63,773 nucleotides of DNA, filler included, from Lenisia limosa (GCA_001655205.1; 12 parts of 12 records of this genome joined end to end with filler, not necessarily neighbours in it), one strand, 5' to 3'; positions 52,501 through 63,773 are shown, numbered from the whole stretch's first letter. Made by a program: numbers and translations. The notes: a model not told the origin generated them from the letters alone.

Positions 52501-53679
52501 ATGTTCCCCTTCTTTGTAGTCTACGTCATCCAACCAGATGACCCAGACAAAATAATTGTAGGCTGGACACATCTTGGGCTTCACTTCGGTTCGAAAAAAG
52601 ACTGAATGTCGCGATAAATCCTCGAAAACATCGATATTTTATCGGTCTTTTTTAACTGAAGTGAAACCCTAGATGTTTGGCGGCGTCCATGACGCTTTTT
52701 CCTGCTTTCAATCATTTTTTTTGGTCATTTTGGGGATTACACATCTTTTTGCACATCAATGAGACGTTCTTATTGAGAGAATGCTTCGATGTTATTTATT
52801 GTGGATTTTCCACAGGCTAAAAGTGACGGTTTAGGGGCTCTGTCTCGCTGCACTGTTTATTTCAGGCATGCTTTCCATGCCATTTTGGCTTTGGCTGTCC
52901 ACTAAGTAGGCCGCCTTTGTTTTTATTATCATTTTCCAAAACGTGTTTGTTCTTTTGTTGACGTAATATTCTCTTTCTCTATTATAGTTGACTGCTTTAG
53001 ATATGGCAAAAGGAATGCAGTGAGCTGAATGGGTCCCTTTTCTGGAATTCTCTCTCACTAGATAATTTCAAATTTTTTTGAACTATTTACCGGCAAAGTC
53101 GCTTTAATAATAATAATATTATTGGGGGGGGGGGNNNNNNNNNNNNNNNNNNNNNNNNNNNNNNNNNNNNNNNNNNNNNNNNNNNNNNNNNNNNNNNNNN
53201 NNNNNNNNNNNNNNCTAATTATTCTGTGTAGTATTTTTAGTTCTTTGGGTTGTGGAATATGTTCACCGTTTAGTGGCTCATCTACAACGCGGTCAATTCA
53301 GTGACGTGTGTATTCTTCCTGCTCATCGGAAAGGGAGATATTTGGCTTGCTGTGGTATGTGGGGGGAGGGGCTTCACTTCAGTCTTTTGGTCAAGGGCTT
53401 GGAGGACTTAATTTATCCGACGACGCCAAAGACAAATATAGAGGATTATCGAAGATTAATCGAGCAATCTGTTTTTTTTTCGGATCCTTAATACAATGGG
53501 CGGATGGAGTCCTGAAGGTGTGTCTCCAGCGATAACGGTACTCGAAAATAAAAAGCCAAAAAATGCCGGACCTTATTTCAATGGAGACTACTGCAAACAA
53601 GACAAACTAGCATACACCCCCTACCACCTGCACCTCCACCAGTGGACGTCGAAGGACCTACCACCTGCACCTCCACCAG
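49540..53679 (+). CDS. MFS_2 / glycoside-pentoside-hexuronide family transporter (MFSD2/MelB-like), 3' probably truncated
   Basis: KIKLAYGLPNF, SRSFDVLTDPLMAWISDN, GKSGRRRPFMKYG, FDTLANVPYSALGPELTDSYDER, SLLRALKNKAF, plus hydrophobic TM exons. Confidence 0.9.
50028..50119. mobile_element. Degenerate MITE family A variant
   Basis: TA|GGGTCCTACGTTCC ... GATGTATCGAGAAATT ... GAGAAGCCC. Confidence 0.45.
52576..52669. mobile_element. MITE family A copy
   Basis: GGGCTTCACTTCGGTTCGAAAAAAGACTG ... AACTGAAGTGAAACCC followed by TAG. Confidence 0.85.
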
Positions 53680-53779
53680 NNNNNNNNNNNNNNNNNNNNN
53701 NNNNNNNNNNNNNNNNNNNNNNNTTAATTAATTAANNNNNNNNNNNNNNNNNNNNNNNNNNNNNNNNNNNNNNNNNNNN

Positions 53780-56700
53780 GATAACCGAGCCACGTTGACA
53801 AGGCCTGGCCCCACAAATGCAGGCATGCTCTGCCCAACAAAATACGAGTCAGTCTGCAGAATTCCCATATAAGGCAATGCGGGCATAACACATGACTTCA
53901 GATTCGTTCTGTGTGGTTAAAAGAAAAGCAAAACAAACAACAAAAAAATCAATCAATAATCAAATAAGAGGATTTCTGTTTTTTACACTGGATTTTCTGA
54001 ACAATCCGTGAGTTCTAAAAATAACCATAATTTTCATATCGATATATATTATACTATATATGATATATGATATAGCTACATTACATGTACTCAGTCCCAA
54101 TTTAACTAACCCCAAGATCAAAGGGCTTCACTTCGGTTCGAAAAAAGACTGAGTTTCTCGATAAATCTTCAAAAATTACCGATATTTTACCGGTATTTTT
54201 CGAACCGAAGTGAAGCCCTAGTAACAATGCAAGAAGTCAGGCCTCCCACCGGTATTTGATATAGTTCTTCTCGCGGCTCAGCAATTCACCGATCTTGTTG
54301 AATTCAGATTTGACGTTCTTTGATAAGCCATTGAACGTCTCAGCCTTTAATAGTTAGTCGCTGTTTGAGGATGGTGACAAGGTACTGTGTATTTAGGTCT
54401 CTGTGCAATAAATTTATTCAAGAAATGCAAGATCTGAAACGCACTTCAAAATTCATAATTAATTTATCAATTGCAGGGAAGAGTGAATCTGGCCGAAGCC
54501 GTCTCGTCTACAGTATCTAGATGGCTGAAGCCATCCACACCATCACGCTTATAAAGAAATATTGAATTATAGTATCTGACCGAAGCTGTCTACACCATCA
54601 CGCTTATAAGCTATATTGGATTATATTATAATAATAATTCACCGACGTATACTTTTATATAACAAATAATGAATGTATTTGAAGCATTTTGGTACACTTT
54701 TGACAGCTTTGTCCGTACCAGGACCGGACCGGACCAGACCGGGACAGCCTACCAGTCTGTAGACGAGTAATACGTGTCACATCACATTATCAAAAATCGC
54801 ATTATCAGACATCACATCAAGTGACGACGTATTAGAATTGATACTATACTCAGCCCACCACTCTACAGACAGGGACAAGATATGAGGGGTAATATGTGCA
54901 TGACATAGTATTACCCTTGTGTGTTGCAACTAGGATTCAGCCCACCAGTCTGTAGACAGACGAGTTATTGAGGCCTGCAAGGATCTCAAAAGCCCCGTTG
55001 AAGTTTTGGATATCGTAAAGGGCTCGGAGCAATCGGACAAACTTCGCGACCACGTGCCGTCGTTCCTGCTTGCGTAACCAGGGGAAATGATCAGGGTCAT
55101 CATCATACACACATTAGATATTACGCTTGCAACCCCCCCACCTCCCACCTTCAACTTCTTAGTTTGTACGACCTCGGTAGCCACCCAAAAGGAGACCTTG
55201 TTGAACCAGTTGACACTCGCTAGAAGACCAGCACATCTAAGGCAGTAAAGTCATGATGAAAGGGAACACTGATAGCTTTGACTTGGTGTAGTATATCCAT
55301 TTGTAGAAGAAAAAAGGAGAAAAGAAGCCCCACACACTTCTGCGGCCTGGTAGGCTCATCAGCCCAGAAAAGGAGTTCCGAAGACGCTGTAGCCTGCAAT
55401 AGGTCGACTTCGATGAGGGTCAGCTGTCGCGCAATTTCCATTTCCGGCCAATCCAATACGGTGGTACTGTCGGTCAGCGAACGGGGAAACTGGATCTACA
55501 AGTGTAAAATGGAACACTGTGTAGAAAATGCTTTATACAGGAAAAAAGTACTTGAGAAAGAGAAAAGAAAGGGCTTTATAACGAAATATAAGAGAAAAAA
55601 AAAAATAATAATAAAAAAAAAAAAAATAATAAAAATAAAAAAAAGGACTTGATGAAGAGAGAAAAAGGGACCCACCTCCGGCGTTTCGAGCATTAAGTTG
55701 GGCTTGATGTCATCATGTTCTCCACCCTGGAAGACCTGGGGGTGAACGGGGGAATCCACCACACAATCTTCCATATACAGCATTCAATCTTCCATATACA
55801 GCATTCAATCTTCCATATACAGCATTCATACAGCATTCATACAGCATTCTATATTCCATATCGATATACAGTGACCGGGATAAGTCTTGACCGATTTTCC
55901 TTAGAAAATCATCCAGCAAATCAGTCAAGACTTATCCCGGTCACTATATTCTATCTTCCAAATACATTACTCAAAAAGTGAGAAGATCTCAGTGTACCAT
56001 ATTTCACATTTTTTTTTCTTTCTCTTTTCTTTCACACATACCATATTCCACATGAGTTGGCGAATAGCTGGCGCTCTATTCTTGACCTGATCGATATTGG
56101 ACTTCTCCAGATCTTCGACCTAGACATGAGGAAATTGCAGTAAAAAGGTAGGGGCATACTTTTTAGTATAATATATTATAGTATATTACACTACACTATA
56201 TACTTTTTACTATTTGATATACTGTATGCCACATATCAATCACAACATTTTCATAATCTTACTAATACAGAAACACATATAGCTTAATATTAACCCATAC
56301 ATACCAATAAGGAAAGCTTGATCATGACCCTAGGGGTGAAGTCCTCCCGTTGGCTGCCGAGCCAAGCGTGAAGCACGCCCGCTACACTCACTGCCACGTT
56401 GGCGCAATCCAACTGCCATGCCTGGCGGGGGGGGGGGGGGNNNNNNNNNNNNNNNNNNNNNNNNNNNNNNNNNNNNNNNNNNNNNNNNNNNNNNNNNNNN
56501 NNNNNNNNNNNNNNNNNNNNNNNNNNNNNCTGTTGGCTGACAACTTGATTACAAAACAAAAAAAGGCCCAGGCCAGTCGCTTCTTCAGCTCTGCATCTCA
56601 TCACTCCAGTGTAGTGAAAGTAGAAAATTTATGAAACAAACAAACAAACAAAATACAAAAAAGTAACTCGCAACACATTAGTGTTGAAAACAGCAAAACC

Positions 56701-57920
56701 AAGTCCAAGCCAATAGCACCGCATCTCATCGCTTAGGGGGAGGAGGACAGTGTCCAAGCACCCGTGCTCACGTTTTTGAAAGCGCTGCTGAGATTGTCTT
56801 CAGGCTTAACTCCTGGGGGAAGCTCAGGCATCCTCAACCGACAGCGGAGAAGCTCGAGTAATCTGTGAGGGGGTGACGAAAGGAGCAATCTGTGGAGGAG
56901 TAAAACGAAGGAAATATCGATGAAGAATACTGTGTTAAAGGTACTTATCCCTAACCGAATAAAGAGAAGGAGAAAGAGATAAATAGAGAAGGAGAAAGAG
57001 AGATAAATAGAGAAGGAGAAAGAGAAATAGAAAAGGAGAAAGAGAGAAAGCTCACCTGGTGGAGGGAAGGAAGGCTTGGTGCGTGGTTAGAATCATGCTG
57101 TTGAATCGCGCGTCGAAAACGAAAGGATCTGTCATCTTCTCCACGATCTTATGGGGCGACGCTAGTGTTGGTAAGCAAAAGTCAATATTCAGCACAATTT
57201 CACGTGAAATATTAGATTGCTTGATCATCATCATACATCATGTGACAAATACTACGAGAGAAGTTAGAGCATTAACCAGTGCTGCAGAAGCGACTGGCCT
57301 CCCCCTATACCTGCTCTGATATTGGCGGATTGGTTCTTTCTGTCATCCACAAGGAACGAAGGGATTCCCAGTGAAAGGCCCTCAGCTCGGAAGGATTTGC
57401 GCGGTTCGTCACTATTTGGTCAATGACTAGGAAAATGAAGGACCCGCTGAAACACAGAAGCTGGTTTATTACTTACACCCACAAAGAGAAAATAATAAAT
57501 AGAAATTAATAATAATAATAGTAAACAAAAACCAAAAAAAAACCAAAAATAAATAAATAAGAATACAATTGTAATAGTAATAAGAAGAAAAAAAAACAAT
57601 CAAAATAAAACACAGAGAGCCTACTTATCCGAATTGGGCGTAGTAGTTTTCTGACGGATTTTGCGGCGAGGGGCCGCGGGGATGCTTTCACCGGTCCCAG
57701 AACCCGGTGGTTTAACATCACTATCCGAGCCCATCTGCGTTGATTTGGCCCGGATAATTGTCTCCCCGGGCTCCGAGGGCGTCAGCTGAGTGGTAGCGGC
57801 GGTGGCGGCGGATTTGGCCGACACGGGAGGAGGCCAAACTTCACTTGTCTCGGCAGGGGCAATGGTAAATCCGTGAATTGAGTCCTCTGACGGTTTTAGC
57901 GGCTCGGGGTTGGACGATGA
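53780..57920 (-). CDS. Ras guanine nucleotide exchange factor (REM + CDC25 domains), truncated at both ends
   Basis: TLASPHKIVEKMTD...FNSMILTTHQAFLPS, VAGVLHAWLGSQREDF, WPEMEIARQLTLIE, NWFNKVSFWVATEVV, LYDIQNFNGAFEILAGLNNSSVYRL, KIGELLSREKNYIKYR, PALPYMGILQTD. Confidence 0.92.
54123..54218. mobile_element. MITE family A, full copy
   Basis: Perfect 21-bp outer TIR GGGCTTCACTTCGGTTCGAAA. Confidence 0.9.
54486..54630 (+). repeat. Dispersed/tandem repeat, family C (~55-70-bp unit)
   Basis: ATCTGGCCGAAGCCGTCCACACCATCA(C/T)GCTTATA..GATATTGAATTATAGTA, 2-3 units here. Single copies at about 27157-27220, 34455-34515, 60760-60812(-) and a stub near 7080. Confidence 0.65.
55765..55860. repeat. 21-bp minisatellite CAATCTTCCATATACAGCATT
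   Basis: Three full units followed by shortened CATACAGCATT units. Confidence 0.8.
55869..55946. mobile_element. Tc1/mariner-type MITE, family E (78 bp)
   Basis: TA|CAGTGACCGGGATAAGTCTTGAC ... GTCAAGACTTATCCCGGTCACTA|TA. A related degenerate copy lies at about 23006-23090. Confidence 0.7.
56962..57050. repeat. Purine-rich 22-bp tandem repeat AGAAGGAGAAAGAGATAAATAG
   Basis: About four copies, intronic. Confidence 0.75.
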
Positions 57921-58020
57921 NNNNNNNNNNNNNNNNNNNNNNNNNNNNNNNNNNNNNNNNNNNNTTAATTAATTAANNNNNNNNNNNNNNNNNNNNNNNN
58001 NNNNNNNNNNNNNNNNNNNN

Positions 58021-59394
58021 TTCCATGGACCTCTTCAAATGACGCAGTTTTGACCTGTTTGAATGAGTGACGGCCGTTGAAGGTTTAGTGCTGTTCTTTC
58101 AAGGGTGTCCCTTGGGTGGGCAAACACAGAAATTGAAGATAAATGGCGATAATTTGTTGGCTAATGATACTGCATTGATGCCAGAATCACAGCATACAGC
58201 AGTGATGGTGAAAAGCAGTTTTGTTCCCTGGTAGTCGAAGAGAAGCTGATCGTCCTTGTCCATGTACTGCAAAATGAAAACTTGAACATTTCATTATATT
58301 GCAGAATATTATGACAAAAAGACGTGAATACTAAAGAATTAGATAATACAGAGACGTGAATTGTACGAAATTAATAAAGAAACTTGAGGATAACGGAGAA
58401 TTGCATAATAAAGACTGTGAACTACAGAGAATTTTATAATAAACAGCCTTGGGCATCAAATGCACAACTGGAAATTAGGTAATAAAGAGCTTTGAATGCA
58501 GCAGAATTATACAAAGGTGACATTACCCCCAGTACCAGAGTAAATTTCATAATATGACCCGACGTCACCCTCATACATGCTCCGAGTACATCTTAGCGAA
58601 GGAGTCTGAGAGTTCTTGACAGTCGATCTCAACACCCTGTGGTGTCAAACAATAATGTTACTTGGTTTGATATTAAAAAGATTTGGTTTGATATTTAAAA
58701 GACTTGATTTGATATTCAGAAGAGAGCACAACAAAGAGCTTCCTAATTGTCAGAAACCATTGGTGCATATGCCCCGCAGCGGGTTGGAAATATTGGAACC
58801 AAAAACTGTGATGGCTTTGCTTCAGAAAGCAATAAAAAAAGGAGATCAGAAAGGATAATTAAACTGATAGGGGAATGAGAAAAGACGTCGAGCTTTTTTA
58901 CTGAGGCTTTAACCCTCAGAGGCCAATATCAAATATCAATTGTGTGACCATAACTAGCAATTTATTGATACTACTATTAAACGTTATTTACCATCTTAAA
59001 CCTACAAAATAGAACAAAGGAAACCCCGTTTGCTGATCATAATACGATAATGCAGGAACACGCTGTTTACCTTGATCGCCTTGTTCCAAGGCTGGACGTC
59101 CACATCGAGACTGTAGCAGAAAGATGATGAGTTGTTGTACGAGTTAATTGAAATGTTGTCGCCAAGCGAGAGCTTCAGAATACGCCTTTGAAGATTGGAG
59201 AGCCCCACGGATCCTTGTTTGACTGCCGTGCTTTGGCTGGAAAGTGAAGACCACCTAGATCACCTCCTAACCAACCTTGTTTTGAAGATTCTTCCATTGA
59301 TATCAACATGAGGGGTAAGTGCAGAGGAAGGGTGGACTGTGACACTGTTTGAATAGGCATCCGCCTCACTGACTCCTTTTTCAACCTTGAACAT
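58021..59394 (-). CDS. NSF/Sec18-like AAA ATPase, N-terminal domain (3' truncated before the AAA motifs)
   Basis: MFKVEKGVSEADAYSNSVTVHP, GSVGLSNLQRRILKLSLGDNISI, IDCQELSDSFAKMYSEH, DQLLFDYQGTKLLFTI match the NSF/CDC48-type N and N2 subdomains. Confidence 0.6.
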
Positions 59395-59592
59395 TTTGAT
59401 TTGCTATTCACTTATGTACACTCTAATGTTTACACCAGTGAAAAGTTAATTTTTTGGAAAACAAACTTCTTAAATACTTGGCGCCAGCGTAGCGCGACTA
59501 TATAAGTAAAATTTATTTCAAAATTTTAATCATTTTATTCAGCTAAAAGCGAGTGTATTTTCTTTAAAGAAGCTTACAATAACCCATATTAA

Positions 59593-60100
59593 TTGAAGCG
59601 CTTATATAATTCTGCTATTTTGATTGGCTTGTCAAGAATGCCCTCTTCATGGGCGCTTGCCGCAATCGCCGCGCCCATCTTCCTCATAATATGTTCCTTT
59701 GCAACTGCGGCTTCATCTCTCTTCCAAAGTAACGACCTGGTATGTCCTCTCTCTGTTGTCATGGCTTCTTACCCCTCAGGATGTACTCTTTGGCGATAGC
59801 AGCTCCATTCTCTTCTCTGCAAACAAGCGTAAGATGGATGCTAGATCCAATCAATGCGGTATATCACTCCTTTCGGCTCTCATGAGCTGCAACATCATTT
59901 TTTCTTCTTGTGTATGATTGGCCCCCTGGTAAACCCGACTGACATGATAACTCTGATTTCCAATCAAGTCTAAATCTGGTATAATATGATTTTCTCCTTT
60001 TTTGAGTCGATACAAAAACGCTATCGTGCGGACATGTGGCGGCTGTTTTGAGTTTTGGTTTCAGATCTGACGTTTGATTGCTCACCTAGTTTTATTTTAT
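59593..60100 (-). CDS. Small hypothetical protein
   Basis: Terminal exon WKRDEAAVAKEHIMRKMGAAIAASAHEEGILDKPIKIAELYKRFN-TAA. The preceding exon EENGAAIAKEYILR resembles EAAVAKEHIMR, suggesting an internal repeat. Confidence 0.5.
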
Positions 60101-60429
60101 GGGGCCTTTGGGGGTGGTGTTCAAAGAGTGTGAATAACCAAGCATTCTTATGATTAATCTTTGGTTGTTTTTCTTTTGGTGTGTCAGTTTTTTTGTCAGC
60201 ACCCTCCTGGAGCAACCGCACCTCTTCCCCGTGACCTTCCTGGGCTTTTATTTGTGTTGTTTTTTTCAACCTCGAGTGTTTCTCTGGTCTTTAGCCAACC
60301 GAGAGTGTTTCTCTTCTTTAGCCACAAAGAGTGTGGCTTTATTTCGTATCCATTTTCTCCCTAATGGCAAAGAATTTGAGACAAAAACAATAAAATGAGA
60401 CAGAATACACCACGTGACCTCACATTCCA

Positions 60430-60900
60430 GGTATTATCGAGTTCCATCCTCGAGCCATTGTCGGAACTAAAGCTTCCGACCCGTCTTCCGATATCGTGCA
60501 CCCCGCCTACAGTGGTGCGTGGCTCGGTGGTTCATTTCGGTTCATAAAAGGGAAACATATTGACGCGATAGTGCGGGGGTTTTTTTGAATCGAAGTGCTT
60601 CATTAGTACATGCATGATTATCATACTCTAATAGATTATCATAGGGAGAGCTAATCTTGAATTGTTAAGTGTATTGTTTTTTTCTCAGTTTATCAGATAG
60701 TAATTGGCCATGTGAGGAATATTGTACTCATGAATAGACATGATGGTGCAGCCTAATGCTATTATCAATATTCAATAAACATGATTGTGTGGACGGCCTC
60801 GGCTTGATACTCCCTTACCAGTTCTCATTAACTTCCTCCCAGATTTATCAGCCGCTTCTGAGAGGCCTTTCTTCAACGATGGAACCCAGTATCTGCTCCA
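60430..60900 (+). CDS. Possible hypothetical protein fragment
   Basis: AG/GT-bounded segments GIIEFHPRAIVGTKASDPSSDIVHPAYS and DLSAASERPFFNDGTQYLLQ. Confidence 0.3.
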
Positions 60901-61098
60901 GGTGAGAGAGAGGGGGGGCAGGTAAAGCCTGGCGTTTCTCAAATATCGTATAATTTTGTTTCATATCGTAGTAGTAGTAGACTCTATGATATTTACTANN
61001 NNNNNNNNNNNNNNNNNNNNNNNNNNNNNNNNNNNNNNNNNNTTAATTAATTAANNNNNNNNNNNNNNNNNNNNNNNNNNNNNNNNNNNNNNNNNNNN

Positions 61099-62251
61099 GA
61101 ACGAGGAATTGGAGGTACTCTTAACTTCTTTCTCCCCCCCCCTCCCCTCTTTCTTTTCTTTCTATTCCACTTGAAGCTCATGAATATGTATTCAGTCAGG
61201 CTCAGATATGCCTTACCAAATCAGGGTATCAGCTGAGCGTGAGGTTGCACAGTCGGACTTGGCGCACTCTATCAAAGTCATTACCGCGCTCATGCCGAAG
61301 GAGGGAGGTTTGCTTTATATTAACACCTCAGAGTCAAACAGGGGGCGTAATCGGAACATTTTATTCACGGCCTTATCGAATTATGGTATTCACTGTTTTT
61401 AGGCTCGCCAAGTAAAAAGACTCCGACAAAGATTGGTCGCTCATCTGTGGGTGTTTTTCTCAGCACTTTTTTTCTCTATTATTTCTCTATTTTTTTCTAT
61501 TCCTCTATTATTTCTCTATTATTTCTCTATTTTTTCTATTCTCTATTATTTCTCTATTCTTTTCTCTTGCATTTTTCCGGGACAACCCTCACCCCTCCAG
61601 ACAATGGCCAATATTGTCAGTACCCATCCCACACACCCCAAACGAGCCCTTTCCTCCACCCCTCCGCCCGCATCCCCACCAATACAGGTAAGTTAGAAAG
61701 GTATTATGATATGGCAGGAAAAATGATTTTGCCGTATAATATTTCACACTACCCAAGCAGCGCCGAACGCCATCAATGGGAGGCCTCAGNNNNNNNNNNN
61801 NNNNNNNNNNNNNNNNNNNNNNNNNNNNNNNNNNNNNGGGGGGCTTCATCTTTTTTCATTCCCATTTGGCTCAACATCAGCTGCATATTACAGGCTCTTC
61901 GTCACTCCTTAGATCCACAATGGGCCAGCTCCTATCGCCAGAAAGCCCCAACCGAAGTCGTAGTAGTTCTGTGGACAAATCAGCATCAGCATCAGCATCA
62001 CCCACATCAAGGTCGCGTGCCAACTCTGGCCAACTCGTGAGCTGAGCGAGGCATGGCCATGCGTTTTATTCACCCATTATTTAATACCTTTAAATTATGA
62101 ATGTGTTACCCCCCAGTCCCCCCCGTCTCTACGTAAGTCAGTTGGAGCGAATAACATGCGGCGAGGTTCGTTCAGCTACGGAGCCACGGGTCTTGGCTCG
62201 TCCCTGCCAGCTTTGGATGATCTTAAGATCGAAGAAGAGAATAACGAGTAG
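61099..62251 (+). CDS. 3' end of a Ser/Pro-rich hypothetical protein
   Basis: Exons ...ALSSTPPPASPPIQ|, GSSSLLRSTMGQLLSPESPNRSRSSSVDKSASASASP, SVGANNMRRGSFSYG...DDLKIEEENNE-TAG. Confidence 0.6.
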
Positions 62252-62483
62252 TGTTTAGTTCTTAGGGTGTATAGTAGTTTTCTTGTAATGCAGTATTTAT
62301 CTCTATCGTTTTGTCAAGTGTTAACAATAATCTTTGTTCTAAGAGCTCTCCTTAGGAGACGCGTGGCCTTGTGACAAACAGTTTATAACTGTGTTACCAA
62401 AGAATGCTCAAAAATTCATCAAAACTACACATTATTATCACACAATAAAACAAAATCCCCAAATAATAGACAGAGTGGTTTGC

Positions 62484-63773
62484 TTAATAGGCTGGTGGAG
62501 CATAGCCAGGCTAAACGGTGAGTTTTGAGGATATCTAACTGGAGCTGTTGTGAAAATGCGATCAACACACACACACACACACAAATGATATTATGCTCTT
62601 AATTGGCGTACTTGTTGTTCGGGAGGATAGCCCTTTTGGGGTGGGTAGCCCTGTTTTGTCAAAAGGGGAGAAATTTCTTGCATTTTTAAGAGAAATGGGA
62701 AGCATGAAACAGAACTTGGCCCACTTGTTCAGGATACCCTTGTTGAGGGGGATAGCCTTGTTGAGGGGGATAGTCTTGCTGAGGGGGGTATCCCTAAGTT
62801 AGTTGAAAGATGAATATGAAATATATTAATTCAAACCTGTTGAGGGGGATAGCCTTGTTGGGGTGGATAATTCTAAAAAGTAAAATACCAAAGGACAACA
62901 GTTCAAAGAGGTTGGGGGAGTGAGTTGCTCGGGGGAACGGAAAAAAGGTGTCATTTTGCTGTTGTGAACAAGAGCAGCATAATGTTACAGAGTTACTGTT
63001 GTTTTTGAATTGGAGTTTGGAAGACTGTGTTTTAGTCGTCAGTTGGGGATTTATTGCTTATTAAAGCGGTTATCATTGTCATCTTTATTTTTTAAAGGAT
63101 ATTGGTTGTCCTTGTTCTCGTTGTTGTATTAATTGGATGGCTTCGTTGTTGTGAAGTGTTTGGGCAAACCTGTTGTGGTGGGTATCCTTGCTGCTGAGGG
63201 GGGTACTGCTGGGGAGGGTATCCCTGGAGCTGTGAAACAGGCTCAAAGGAAACAGACATCGACTTCTACCAACCAACCTGTTGAGGGGGGTATCCTTGTT
63301 GAGGGGGATATTGTGCGTTGTTCTACACTGTGAAACCCAAAGAGAGAAAAAATGGACATAGTGGCTTGATATGTTATGTTGTACCCTCCAGAAAACCAGG
63401 ACAGCGTAGATACCCCTCACATAATATCCGGCACTCATATCAGTAGGCGGGGTTGCGGACTTGGGCGGATACTACAGGTGTCAATTGCTCGCAAGGGAAA
63501 ACGTTTCGCAGAAGAGAGTGGAATGTCACTGTTAAGCCAGCATACAGGGTTACCCTGAGGATACGAAGTTCCCATTTCCTGCGGAGGCTGATTGCGACGT
63601 CTGTTCTTAGGGCTGCAAGAATTAGAATACCCCGCACCGGGTATAAAGGAAGGATATGTATTCAAAAACCCCTTTACCAGAAAGTTTCTCTTGCGCATAT
63701 GGCAGCACAGACCACAAAAGTGACCATTAGAGCACCAACAGCTATCAGAATGACAGCAATGGCAAAGAGAGCA
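62484..63773 (-). CDS. Single-pass membrane protein with a cytoplasmic (G)YPPQQ-repeat tail (5' truncated)
   Basis: TM helix LFAIAVILIAVGALMVTFVVCAAICA, then NRRRNQPPQEMGTSYPQ, then mini-exons NNAQYPPQQGYPPQQ | LQGYPPQQYPPQQQGYPPQQ | NYPPQQGYPPQQ | GYPPQQDYPPQQGYPPQQGYPEQ | GYPPQKGYPPEQQ | PGYAPPAY-TAA. Confidence 0.75.

Noticed and set aside
54123-54145. GGTTCGA in family A as a tRNA T-loop or Pol III B-box
   Set aside because: It lacks the downstream TCC and any cloverleaf or A-box; it is simply part of the TIR.
62593-62802. Plus-strand ORF with LLRGIA repeats
   Set aside because: It is the antisense shadow of the YPPQQG exons, whose splice signals are on the minus strand.
1-63773. rRNA, tRNA, viral or prokaryotic operon content
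   Set aside because: No conserved rRNA or tRNA signatures and no long intronless ORFs were seen; all recognisable genes are intron-rich eukaryotic genes.

Overview
This is not a bacterial or phage window. It is eukaryotic, intron-dense genomic DNA from a compact protist-like genome; the lineage cannot be fixed from sequence alone. It is also not one continuous locus. Eleven identical 100-bp spacers (44 N + TTAATTAATTAA + 44 N) join 12 separate contigs, so adjacency across spacers has no biological meaning and many genes are cut at contig ends. The ORF track is fragmentary because exons are short. Splicing GT-AG introns by eye gives about 24 partial gene models. Recognisable products: class II HDAC, RasGEF, RhoGAP, ABHD/YheT hydrolase head-to-head with an MFS_2 (MFSD2/MelB-like) transporter, NSF-like N domain, divergent TAF7, KATNIP-like N-terminus, an atypical protein kinase, a long coiled-coil protein, a secreted fibrinogen-like protein and a membrane protein with YPPQQG repeats. 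The best novelty candidate is a minus-strand gene at 1-4250 that places a GREB1/TAGT-like GT-A glycosyltransferase domain between ankyrin repeats. Introns carry several small dispersed repeat families, chiefly a ~95-bp palindromic MITE whose TCGA motifs fall at helical spacing. Gene boundaries are approximate and domain calls rest on recalled motif similarity, not database searches.
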